A stretch of DNA of 53,847 nt, from IMG/VR virus record IMGVR_UViG_3300045988_101358, positions 1 to 53,847 of that record; one strand, 5' to 3'. This document shows, in pieces, positions 30,582-39,527 of this stretch. Under the pieces are notes generated by a model. It did not search any database, had not been told where the DNA came from, and worked only from the letters and a program-made list of their open reading frames with translations. The translations under genes and the position numbers were made by a program. How positions within the stretch are numbered: position 1 is the stretch's first letter; each line of letters opens with the position of its first letter. This stretch comes from a virus.

Positions 30582-31712
30582 ATGAGAGTCGCTTTCGATG
30601 AACAACCTTCGGATCAGGATCTTCAGCACTTTGGCGTTAAGGGTATGAAGTGGGGCGTTCGTAACTACACCGACAAGAACGGTCGACTCACTGCCGAAGG
30701 ACGAGAGCACTATGCCGAGAAGTCATTAACCAAACATCAGCAGAAGATCTCTGCGAAATGGCAGGCGCGTGGTCTGAGTAAGGCGGATGCTGATGTTCAG
30801 GCTAAGCGACGTGCAGAGGTCGAACGAATGTTAGCCATCACTGGTGGTGTCACGGCCGCAGCTGCCACTGCTTATATTGTTGGTAAGCATCTTGATCGTA
30901 CCACAGACAAACTTCTTGGTAAGGGGTCTGAGGTTGGTCGTGTGGCTACTAATAATAGCAAGAAGATGGAAGACGCCTTCTATGTGTTCGACAATGCTAA
31001 AGATCGTGCCAAGTATGTTGGAATGTATGGCAAAGCTCTTAAGGATCAGGGCGGTACTTCCATATTTGAGAAGTCGCTTAAAGTTGTTGGTGACGTGAAG
31101 GTCGCTTCTCCTGAAACTGGTAGAAAGGTCTTTGCGAATCTTATTTCTCGCGATCCTGAGGTTATGGCATATGCCAAACAGACTTTTCGACTTAGAAGTG
31201 AGTTCGACCCTCTTCCAAATCGTCAAGCGCTTTGTTCGAAAGCTCTTGATGACATCAATCATGGCAAATGGACAAAATCCGCTTATGAGGCTTTCAATAT
31301 CGGGTTGGTAGATCATAGTCCGATCGGTAATAAAGTCTCATCTAAATTCTATAGCCAATTGAAGAAAGACGGCTTCTCTGCTATTCGTGATGTCAACGAT
31401 CATTCGTTCTCCGGTTACAATTCGAAGAATCCTTTGATCATATTCGATAAGGATAAGGTTGATGTTCAATCTGCTAAAGCCTTGTCGAAGGATGTCATTG
31501 ACAAAACCAACGATATGGCCGTTAATGATCTTCTTATGTCTGACGTAACTAAAAGTGTTGCCAAAATCGGTGTGGCGGCGGTTGGAGCCACTGTTGCCCG
31601 TCGGGTTACCAGTCAGATTGCCGAAGATAATTATATTAAGAATTATCTTCTGGATCATCCGAATACCAAGCTTAACCGTGATGGCATTCTTAAGACTCGT
31701 GGGCTAGAATAG
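30582..31712 (+). CDS. Protein with the N-terminal FDE..DLQHFGVKGMKWG motif (family member 1).
   Basis: MRVAFDEQPSDQDLQHFGVKGMKWGVRNY. Confidence 0.65.
   Translation: MRVAFDEQPSDQDLQHFGVKGMKWGVRNYTDKNGRLTAEGREHYAEKSLTKHQQKISAKWQARGLSKADADVQAKRRAEVERMLAITGGVTAAAATAYIVGKHLDRTTDKLLGKGSEVGRVATNNSKKMEDAFYVFDNAKDRAKYVGMYGKALKDQGGTSIFEKSLKVVGDVKVASPETGRKVFANLISRDPEVMAYAKQTFRLRSEFDPLPNRQALCSKALDDINHGKWTKSAYEAFNIGLVDHSPIGNKVSSKFYSQLKKDGFSAIRDVNDHSFSGYNSKNPLIIFDKDKVDVQSAKALSKDVIDKTNDMAVNDLLMSDVTKSVAKIGVAAVGATVARRVTSQIAEDNYIKNYLLDHPNTKLNRDGILKTRGLE
30625..30661 (+). repeat. Perfect 37-nt direct repeat, copy 1 (copy 2 at 34194-34230).
   Basis: agcactttggcgttaagggtatgaagtggggcgttcg. Confidence 0.9.
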
Positions 31713-31722
31713 GAGACGAATA

Positions 31723-33468
31723 ATGGCGTTATCGAACACCGCAGTACCGAAGTATTATGGTGAATTCCGTGACGCCGTTATTCACGGAGAGATTCCAGTC
31801 TGCAAAGAGATTGCGATGGAGATGAATCGCATTGATTCCCTCATTGCAAATCCTGGTATCTACTATGATGAGTCTGCTGTCGAGGGATGGATCAAGTTCT
31901 GCGAGAAAGAACTTACTCTGACCGATGGTACCGATCTTCACCTTCTTGATTATTTCAAGGTTTGGGGTGAAGAGGTCTTTGGATGGTATTATTACGTTGA
32001 ACGCAGCGTATATGTGCCAAACGAAGATAATCATGGCGGCCATTACGAGCGTAAGAGAATTCTCAAGCGCTTGACCAACAAGCAGTATCTTATCGTGAGT
32101 CGAGGCGCAGCTAAGTCTATGTATGACGCCTGTATTCAGGCCTATTTCATGACCGTGGACACCTCGACGACCCATCAGATCTGTACTGCTCCTACTATGA
32201 AGCAGGCGGAAGAGACCATGTCTCCTCTGCGTACCGCTATTACTCGAGCTAAGGGTCCTCTCTTCCAATTTCTCACCGAAGGCTCTCTTCAGAATACTAC
32301 AGGGTCCAGAGCAAATCGCATGAAGTTGGCTTCTACTAAGAGAGGTATTGAGAACTTTCTTACAGGAAGCCTTCTTGAGGTTCGCCCTATGTCTATCGAT
32401 AAACTTCAGGGCCTTCGCCCTCGAATTTCAACAGTAGATGAATGGCTTTCCGGTGATATTCGTGAAGACGTCGTTGGCGCTATCGAACAGGGTGCTTCGA
32501 AGCTTGATGATTATCTTATCATAGCATCTTCTTCCGAGGGTACTGTTCGAAATAGTGCTGGCGATACCATCAAGATGGAGCTTATGGATATTCTGAAGGG
32601 CGACTATGTCAACCCTCACGTGTCTATATGGTATTATCGTCTTGATGATGTTCATGAAGTTAACGATCCGAGCACCTGGCTTAAAGCCAATCCTGGTCTT
32701 GGAAAGATTGTTACCTACGAGACATATCAGCTTGATGTAGAGCGAGCCGAGAAAGCTCCAGCTACTCGAAATGATATTCTAGCCAAACGATTCGGAATTC
32801 CTATGGAAGGTTATACATACTTCTTTACCTATGAAGAGACTCTTCCTCATAGGCGTCAAGATTTCTGGAATCTTCCATGCTCAATGGGTGCCGATCTTTC
32901 GCAAGGCGATGATTTCTGTGCTTTCACCTTCTTGTTCCCTCTTAAGAATGGAACCTTTGGCGTAAAGACTAGATGCTATATTTCTTCCAGAACAATGGCA
33001 AACCTTCCGTTGGCTATGCATCAGAAGTATGAAGACTTTCTTAACGAAGCCAGCCTTCAGGTTCTTGATGGTACAGTTTTGGATATGATGGATGTCTATG
33101 ATGACTTGGATAAGTATATTATAGACAGCAAATATGACGTTCGATGTTTTGGATTCGATCCATATAATGCTCGTGACTTTGTTTCTCGATGGGAAACGGA
33201 GAATGGCCCATATGGTATCGAAAAAGTGATTCAGGGAGCTAAGACGGAATCGGTTCCTCTTGGTGAACTGAAGCATCTATCCGAAGATCGCTCGCTTATA
33301 TTTGATCAACAATTATTCACATTCACTATGGGCAATGCTATTACTCTTGAAGATACCAATGGCAATCGAAAACTTCTGAAAAAGCGTTACGATCAGAAGA
33401 TCGATGCCGTAGCGGCTCTTCTTGATGCATGGGTTGCCTATAAACTCAACAGGGAGGCATTCGACTAA
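31723..33468 (+). CDS. terL: Terminase large subunit.
   Basis: 581 aa. MALSNTAVPKYYGEFRDAVIHGEIPVCKE...YLIVSRGAAKSMY (ATPase Walker A-like) and a C-terminal nuclease region, typical of the Terminase_1 family. Sits upstream of the portal. Confidence 0.8.
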   Translation: MALSNTAVPKYYGEFRDAVIHGEIPVCKEIAMEMNRIDSLIANPGIYYDESAVEGWIKFCEKELTLTDGTDLHLLDYFKVWGEEVFGWYYYVERSVYVPNEDNHGGHYERKRILKRLTNKQYLIVSRGAAKSMYDACIQAYFMTVDTSTTHQICTAPTMKQAEETMSPLRTAITRAKGPLFQFLTEGSLQNTTGSRANRMKLASTKRGIENFLTGSLLEVRPMSIDKLQGLRPRISTVDEWLSGDIREDVVGAIEQGASKLDDYLIIASSSEGTVRNSAGDTIKMELMDILKGDYVNPHVSIWYYRLDDVHEVNDPSTWLKANPGLGKIVTYETYQLDVERAEKAPATRNDILAKRFGIPMEGYTYFFTYEETLPHRRQDFWNLPCSMGADLSQGDDFCAFTFLFPLKNGTFGVKTRCYISSRTMANLPLAMHQKYEDFLNEASLQVLDGTVLDMMDVYDDLDKYIIDSKYDVRCFGFDPYNARDFVSRWETENGPYGIEKVIQGAKTESVPLGELKHLSEDRSLIFDQQLFTFTMGNAITLEDTNGNRKLLKKRYDQKIDAVAALLDAWVAYKLNREAFD

Positions 33469-33953
33469 TGCGTGTAACATTTGATGAGGAACCAACCCCA
33501 GAAGATCTCGAACATTATGGTGTTCTTGGTATGAAATGGGGCCATCGCCGTGTGCAAGTAGCTCAGGCCAAGGCTGCTAAAGCTAAGTCTAAGCTGAGTG
33601 GCACCGAAAGAGGAACCAAGGCTTATTCTAAAGCCAATGCTAAGTATCAGAAGGCTACTGCTAAGGCTCGCACTCGCAAAGCTGTCTATGAAGGCGTTTA
33701 CAGCAATGCTAAAGCTCGTAAGCGTGTTGAGAGGCAGTCTATGGGTAAGACCCTTGCTCAGGCATTCGTCATGGGCGACTTTGGTGCTATGAAGTATAAC
33801 GAGGCTCGTGCTGCTGGTATTAATAGGGGCAGGAGTTTCGTGAATGGAATGGCCGGTGACGTCGCTAATCAGATGCTCTTTAGTCTTCCTAACCAGTTAG
33901 GCGGTGTCGCTAAAGCTAGCAAGGTTCGAAAGTCTTTGAAGTCTAAGGCGTGA
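33468..33953 (+). CDS. Basic protein with the N-terminal FDE..DLEHYGVLGMKWG motif (family member 2).
   Basis: MRVTFDEEPTPEDLEHYGVLGMKWGHRRV. Confidence 0.65.
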   Translation: MRVTFDEEPTPEDLEHYGVLGMKWGHRRVQVAQAKAAKAKSKLSGTERGTKAYSKANAKYQKATAKARTRKAVYEGVYSNAKARKRVERQSMGKTLAQAFVMGDFGAMKYNEARAAGINRGRSFVNGMAGDVANQMLFSLPNQLGGVAKASKVRKSLKSKA

Positions 33954-33958
33954 TTGTC

Positions 33959-34636
33959 ATGTCCAATAAGAAGAATTTCGCCTATACTCCGGATGATATT
34001 CCTTCTCATTGGAAGCTTGATATTTCGGATCGAGAGCATGTCATCATGGCCAAGACAGCTCTGGAAAAGGGCTTTCGTGGCCAAAAAGTCCGTATTCCGG
34101 ATGAAGATATGCCGGCTGTAATTAACAAAGTTAATGCCGCAGCTCGTAAATACAAGCTTTCTCCAATCGGGGAGGAATCGAAAGACACCGTCGAGCACTT
34201 TGGCGTTAAGGGTATGAAGTGGGGCGTTCGAAAGAAGCGTCGGTCTGCTGACTTCAATGAAGCGCAACGTCTTCGTAAGAAGAATCCAGATACTCTTTCA
34301 AACAAAGAACTTCAGACTCTTAATACTCGTATGAATCTCGAAAATCAATACCGTACCAATCGAATTAACAATCAGAGTCAAGCTCGCAAATATGCGAAAC
34401 AGATTTTAGTTGGCACAGCAGTCAGTACAGCTACAGCTATAATGGCTAAAAACTATCCGGAACTAATTTCATCCGGGAAGTCTCTGGCTAGTAAAATTCT
34501 TAATACTCCTCAGGCTAAAGAACTTGTTGTTGACCCTATAGTTGGGGTAAAGAACAACGCCGGTCGTAAAGTAGTTAAGGGCGCCGTTGATGCTGCTAAT
34601 GCTGCTGTGAGCCTTAAACGAAAGTTTAAGAAATGA
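33959..34636 (+). CDS. Protein with an internal VEHFGVKGMKWGVRKKR motif (family member 3).
   Basis: Start at ATG 33959 (GTG 33950 is an alternative). The motif lies about 80 residues in, followed by LSNKELQTLNTRMNLENQY. Confidence 0.6.
   Translation: MSNKKNFAYTPDDIPSHWKLDISDREHVIMAKTALEKGFRGQKVRIPDEDMPAVINKVNAAARKYKLSPIGEESKDTVEHFGVKGMKWGVRKKRRSADFNEAQRLRKKNPDTLSNKELQTLNTRMNLENQYRTNRINNQSQARKYAKQILVGTAVSTATAIMAKNYPELISSGKSLASKILNTPQAKELVVDPIVGVKNNAGRKVVKGAVDAANAAVSLKRKFKK
34194..34230 (+). repeat. Perfect 37-nt direct repeat, copy 2.
   Basis: Identical to 30625-30661. Confidence 0.9.
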
Positions 34637-34677
34637 AACTAACATTTGACGAAGATTATTAAAGAAAGGAAGCTCAT

Positions 34678-36516
34678 GTGGGTAATTTCACAGACAGGCT
34701 GAAACATGCTTGGAATGCCTTTCAGGGCAAACAACCTCTAGGCTTCCCTTATCAGAATCTAGGCTCAAGCTATGGCGTTCGCCCGGATCGCCCTTACTTA
34801 CGTTTGGGCGGTGAGCGGACCATCATTGCTTCGATCTATAATCGGATCGCAGTCGATGTCGCCGCCATCAACATTCAGCACGTTCGTCTCGATCAAAATG
34901 ATAGATTTCTTGAAGAGATCCATTCTGGTCTTGACGAATGTCTGACTGTTCAGGCGAACATCGATCAGTCAGGTCGTCAATTCATTGAGGATGTAGTAAT
35001 CTCAATGTTGGATGAAGGCTGTGTTGCTTTGGTTCCTGTCGACACCGACATCAATCCGTTGAACACCAACGCCTATGATATTCTGTCGATGCGTGTTGGC
35101 AAGATTGAGCAGTGGTTCCCCGAGCATGTTCAGGTTCTCGTCTACAATGAGAAGACCGGACAGAAGCAGGAAGTCGTTCTTCCGAAGAGTAAAGTCGCTA
35201 TTGTGGAGAATCCTCTCTACACAGTGATGAACTCTCCGAATTCGACGCTTCGTCGATTGATCCACAAGCTTAGTCTTTTGGATACAGTTGATGAGGCATC
35301 GTCTTCTGGTAAACTCGACATGATCATTCAACTTCCATACGTGATCAAGACCGATGCTCGTCGAGCAGAAGCCGAAAAGCGTCGCCAACAGATCGAAGAA
35401 CAGCTTTCTTTGTCAAAGTATGGCGTGGCCTATGCGGATGGAACTGAGAAGATTGTTCAGTTGAATAGACCTTTGACTAACAATCTCTTGGATCAGATCA
35501 AGTATCTTCAGGAACAGCTCTACAATCAGTTGGGCATTACTGAGGATGTCTTGAAAGGCACTGGCGATGAAAAGGTTATGCTGAATTACTATAACCGAAC
35601 CATCGAACCAATTCTTGGAGCTATTGCCGATGCTATGAAGCGTAGTTTCTTGACCAAGACTGCAAGAACCCAGGGGCAATCGATCATGTATTTCCGTGAT
35701 CCATTCCGTCTTGTTCCGCTTAATGATCTAGCTGAGATCGCCGACAAACTTACCCGCAATGCTATCGTAACTTCAAATGAATTCCGTGGTGTTCTTGGGT
35801 TTAAACCTGTAACGGATGATCCTCAGGCCGATAAGCTTCGGAATAAGAATATTGCTGCGGTAAATGATGTCAATGGTATTGAAATGTCGAAGCAGCTTCC
35901 TGATGCTGATCAGGAAGAAATCGACAAGGCAATGGCGAATCTTCAGGATCAGGACCGTCAACTCGACGATCTTGAAGCTAATCTTGAACAATCTGCTCTG
36001 GTCCATTATTCTTCGCAGTACTATGACCCTGTGAAAGCTCACGAGTACTACCTTCGGACTCGTGAGCTAAAAGGTCGAACTTCGACTGGAGGTTTGAACG
36101 ATACCGGTAAGGAAGCCCTTACTCAGGTTAAAGCCAAACTTAAGGAAGAACGAGATTCGACAGTCAAGAAGGCGAAGAATGACACTGTTTCGCAAATCGT
36201 CAAGAATACTTCAGCCATGCAATCTCGTATTGATAGTCTGAAGAAACTCTTTGACGGTTTGGGCTCCCAATCTGAGGATGAACAGAGCGCTCAAAAAGCT
36301 CGTATCAAAGATCAGATTGCTAAGCTGCGAGCTCAGAACAGCGAACAGCGTGCAGCTTTGAAGGCTCAGCAATCAAACACGATTCGGAAAGCCAATGCGG
36401 ACTACAAATCCAAAGTAGACGCAGAGACTTCCAAGATCGAGAATGAGGCGTCCTTCAAGAAAGTAAAGAAGACTTCATCGCGAAGAAGGACTTCATCGCG
36501 AAGGAAGAAGTCATGA
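34678..36516 (+). CDS. Portal protein (by position and size) with a basic coiled C-terminal extension.
   Basis: gaaaggaagctcat-GTG. 612 aa, between terL and the protease-capsid gene. Confidence 0.65.
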   Translation: MGNFTDRLKHAWNAFQGKQPLGFPYQNLGSSYGVRPDRPYLRLGGERTIIASIYNRIAVDVAAINIQHVRLDQNDRFLEEIHSGLDECLTVQANIDQSGRQFIEDVVISMLDEGCVALVPVDTDINPLNTNAYDILSMRVGKIEQWFPEHVQVLVYNEKTGQKQEVVLPKSKVAIVENPLYTVMNSPNSTLRRLIHKLSLLDTVDEASSSGKLDMIIQLPYVIKTDARRAEAEKRRQQIEEQLSLSKYGVAYADGTEKIVQLNRPLTNNLLDQIKYLQEQLYNQLGITEDVLKGTGDEKVMLNYYNRTIEPILGAIADAMKRSFLTKTARTQGQSIMYFRDPFRLVPLNDLAEIADKLTRNAIVTSNEFRGVLGFKPVTDDPQADKLRNKNIAAVNDVNGIEMSKQLPDADQEEIDKAMANLQDQDRQLDDLEANLEQSALVHYSSQYYDPVKAHEYYLRTRELKGRTSTGGLNDTGKEALTQVKAKLKEERDSTVKKAKNDTVSQIVKNTSAMQSRIDSLKKLFDGLGSQSEDEQSAQKARIKDQIAKLRAQNSEQRAALKAQQSNTIRKANADYKSKVDAETSKIENEASFKKVKKTSSRRRTSSRRKKS

Positions 36517-36537
36517 TTAAAGAAAGGATAAGTGGAC

Positions 36538-38496
36538 ATGAAGTTTGACTTTAGCGGTTACGCCACTAAGAACAATATTCGTTGTTCTGATGGTCGGACT
36601 ATCATGCATGATGCTTTCAAGGAAATGGATGGTAAGACCGTTCCCCTTGTTTGGCAGCATATGCATGACAATCCAGAGAACGTTCTTGGTCATGCACTTC
36701 TGGAGAATCGCGATAATGGTGTGTACTGCTACTGCTCGCTGAATAACACTCCGGCTGGTGAGAATGTCAAGTCGTTGCTCGAGCATGGTGATATCGACGC
36801 TTTGTCCATTTACGCAAACCAGTTGGTCCAGAATCAGGGAAGAGTTATGCATGGAGTGATCCGTGAAGTATCCGTTGTCCTGGCTGGTGCCAATCCTGGC
36901 GCTCTCATTGATAATGTTGCCATTCAGCATTCCGATGGTGCTATTGACGAGCTTGCTGATGAAGCGGTCATCACTTCTGATGACTACATCTGTCATGCTT
37001 CTGGTTCTGTGGAACCGGATGATTCTGAGGAAGATGATACCGAAGAATCGGGTTCTGATGATAAGACCGTCAAGGATGTGTGGGACACCTTCTCTGAAGA
37101 TGAGAAGAACGTTGCATACTACATGATCGGCACTGCTGCTCAGTCTGGCAATGGAAATTCTGAAGTCGCACAGTCTGCGTTTGCGCATGCTGATGAAGAA
37201 GATCTTCCTAGTGACGATTCTTCTGATGAGGAAGGCCCTACTGTAAAAGACATCTGGGATTCCATGTCGGAAGAGAAGAAAAATGTTGTCTACTACCTGA
37301 TTGGTCAGGCTCTGAAGAATGCAGGTAAGTCGGGCAATAGCGAGTCCGAAGACTCCGCTAGTAATAATCAAAATGGTGGTAAGTCCACCGCTTCAAATGA
37401 AGGAGATAGTTCTATGAAGCACAATGTGTTCGAGAACGATGGAGCTTCGGATTCCATGATCGGATTGGATCATGAGACCGCGCTCACCCTGCTGCATGAT
37501 GCTATGTCTGATACGCAGCTTCGTGGTTCGTTCAAGGATTCCGTCATCGCCCATGCGGATTCTTACGGCATCAAGGATATCGAAATCCTCTTCCCGGATG
37601 CCAAGTCCGTCACCCAGACCCCGGACTTCGTCAAGCGTCGTACCGACTGGGTCGATACCTTTGTGAACGGCCTGCATAAGTCCCCGTTCTCTCGTATCAA
37701 GTCAATGGCTGCGGACATCACTGCCGATGAGGCTCGTGCGAAGGGTTACATCAAGGGCAAGCAGAAGATCGAAGAGATCTTCGGTGTGTCCAAGCGTGTA
37801 ACCCTCCCGCAGACCATTTACAAGAAGCAGAAGCTCGATCGCGATGACATCATTGACATCACTGACTTTGATGTCGTGGTCTGGCTGAAGGCCGAGATGC
37901 AGCTGATGCTGCGTGAGGAAGTCGGTCGTGCTATTCTGATCGGCGATGGCCGTACTGTTGGCGCCGAGGGTAAGATCAACGAGGAGAACATCCGCCCGAT
38001 CTGGACCGACGATGAGTTCTACACCATCCATAAGGATGTCCAGGCGTTCGATCCGAATACCCTGACCACCGAGCAGGGTTCTGCCCTGATCAAGACCATC
38101 ATCTCGTCCATGGATGAATACGAGGGCAACGGAACTCCGACGCTCTTCGCTTCTCCGGCCACGATTACCGCTCTGCTTCTTCTTGAGGACAAGATCGGTC
38201 GTCGTCTGTTCAACAACCTAAGCGACCTTGCGTCCGCTCTGGGTGTTGCCGCTGTGGTGAAGGTCCCGGTGCTCAAGGGCGCTCATCGTAATGTAAGTGG
38301 CGCTGAGAAGGATCTGGTCGGCATCATCGTCAACCCGGCGGATTACTTCGTCGGTGCTGACAAGGGTGGCGAGCTCAACTTCTTCGACGACTTTGATATC
38401 GACTTCAACCAGTACAGGTACCTGTACGAGACTCGTATGTCTGGTGCTCTGGTGCATCCGAAGACGGCCATCGCGCTCGAAGCCCCAAAAGCGTGA
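36538..38496 (+). CDS. Prohead protease, acidic scaffold-like linker and HK97-type major capsid protein, all fused in one ORF.
   Basis: N-terminus: FSGYATKNNIRCSDGRTIMHDAF...VPLVWQHMHD...REVSVVLAGANPGA (HK97-family prohead protease). Acidic linker with the duplicated motif TVKD(V/I)WD(T/S)(F/M)SE(D/E)(E/K)KNV(A/V)YY(M/L)IG. C-terminal about 330 aa is capsid-like. Confidence 0.7.
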   Translation: MKFDFSGYATKNNIRCSDGRTIMHDAFKEMDGKTVPLVWQHMHDNPENVLGHALLENRDNGVYCYCSLNNTPAGENVKSLLEHGDIDALSIYANQLVQNQGRVMHGVIREVSVVLAGANPGALIDNVAIQHSDGAIDELADEAVITSDDYICHASGSVEPDDSEEDDTEESGSDDKTVKDVWDTFSEDEKNVAYYMIGTAAQSGNGNSEVAQSAFAHADEEDLPSDDSSDEEGPTVKDIWDSMSEEKKNVVYYLIGQALKNAGKSGNSESEDSASNNQNGGKSTASNEGDSSMKHNVFENDGASDSMIGLDHETALTLLHDAMSDTQLRGSFKDSVIAHADSYGIKDIEILFPDAKSVTQTPDFVKRRTDWVDTFVNGLHKSPFSRIKSMAADITADEARAKGYIKGKQKIEEIFGVSKRVTLPQTIYKKQKLDRDDIIDITDFDVVVWLKAEMQLMLREEVGRAILIGDGRTVGAEGKINEENIRPIWTDDEFYTIHKDVQAFDPNTLTTEQGSALIKTIISSMDEYEGNGTPTLFASPATITALLLLEDKIGRRLFNNLSDLASALGVAAVVKVPVLKGAHRNVSGAEKDLVGIIVNPADYFVGADKGGELNFFDDFDIDFNQYRYLYETRMSGALVHPKTAIALEAPKA

Positions 38497-38585
38497 CCCC
38501 GGCAGCTCCGACCGTCAGCCCGGCAACGGGTCAGGCGTTCGGTAAGAATGTCGGGGACCTTCAGGAAGGAGTGAGCATTGACTAA
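38493..38585 (+). CDS. 30-codon ORF starting at GTG within the capsid stop (GTGA). Possibly the detached N-terminus of the next gene.
   Basis: VTPAAPTVSPATGQAFGKNVGDLQEGVSID*. Removing T 38583 would join it in frame to NVTGTLKYV... Confidence 0.3.
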   Translation: MTPAAPTVSPATGQAFGKNVGDLQEGVSID

Positions 38586-38877
38586 CGTCACTGGCACTCT
38601 TAAGTACGTGACCGACTTCACTGGCTTCAGTGAAACGGCTGGTGAACAGGAAGGTAACTTTCTGGCTCTGACTGTCGCCGTTCAGGATGGGGCAACCTTC
38701 TCTGTGGGCGGCCCTAACAAGAGCAAGGTGCAGGGGCGTCTTGTCGTGGTTCGTGTCACTGACAAGACTAAGCCAGTTGTCATCACTGCCACCAAGAACG
38801 GTCAGAAGTCTACTGAAGAGCTGAATCTGAGCGGTCTTACCCTCACGGCTAAGCCTGCTCATTCTGCTCTTGCCTAA
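38578..38877 (+). CDS. Small head/neck-module protein (99 aa, TTG start).
   Basis: ggaaggagtgagca-TTG. TNVTGTLKYVTDFTGFSETAGEQEGNFLALTV. Confidence 0.5.
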   Translation: MTNVTGTLKYVTDFTGFSETAGEQEGNFLALTVAVQDGATFSVGGPNKSKVQGRLVVVRVTDKTKPVVITATKNGQKSTEELNLSGLTLTAKPAHSALA

Positions 38878-38888
38878 GGAGATTCAAA

Positions 38889-39230
38889 ATGGTGCGATTT
38901 AGTGGAAAAGTAGGCTTTGCCGAAACTCGTGAAACCGCACCTGGCGTGTGGGAAGAATTCATCCTTGAACGAAAGTACAAGGGCGACGTTATTCGCAACG
39001 CGAGGAGATGGGAGAATGGCGAGAATCTGAATTCGACTCTGGTTGTCAACAATCAGATCAGCATTCTCGCTGACTCCTATCTCTACTCCTATTTCTTCAA
39101 TGTAAGGTATGTGGAATGGATGGGCACTCGATGGTCCGTCACTAACATCGAGGTCAATCGACCCCGACTTTTGCTGACGATCGGAGGTGTGTATAATGGA
39201 CCGCAGAATAAAGCTTCAGACGATTCTTGA
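38889..39230 (+). CDS. Head-tail joining module protein (113 aa).
   Basis: aaggagattcaaa-ATG. Lies between the capsid and tube genes. Confidence 0.5.
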   Translation: MVRFSGKVGFAETRETAPGVWEEFILERKYKGDVIRNARRWENGENLNSTLVVNNQISILADSYLYSYFFNVRYVEWMGTRWSVTNIEVNRPRLLLTIGGVYNGPQNKASDDS

Positions 39231-39516
39231 GGATTGCATGGGTGAAGTCGGTAAGGCTGAACGACATGTATATTTTCAACCGCCTGAGAAAACGGCTATT
39301 CAGTATCCATGTATCATCTATTCAAGAGACTATGGCGATACCCAATTCGGTGATAACGTACCATATACGTTTGTCAAGCGCTATCAGGTAACGGTCATTG
39401 ATCGTATTCCTGATAGCCTTTATGTGGATAGAGTCGCAGCTCTTCCGATGTGTACCTTCCAACGTCATTATACGTCTGATAATCTTAATCATGACGTATT
39501 CAATCTTTACTTTTAA
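39196..39516 (+). CDS. Head-tail joining or tail-completion module protein (106 aa).
   Basis: ggaggtgtgtata-ATG. VYFQPPEKTAIQYPCIIYSRD...YQVTVIDRIPDS...DNLNHDVFNLYF. Confidence 0.5.
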   Translation: MDRRIKLQTILEDCMGEVGKAERHVYFQPPEKTAIQYPCIIYSRDYGDTQFGDNVPYTFVKRYQVTVIDRIPDSLYVDRVAALPMCTFQRHYTSDNLNHDVFNLYF

Positions 39517-39527
39517 GGAGGTATCCC

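Noticed and set aside
36517-37371. 284-aa minus-strand ORF opposite the protease-capsid gene.
   Set aside because: Antisense shadow of a gene with clear protease motifs. No RBS.
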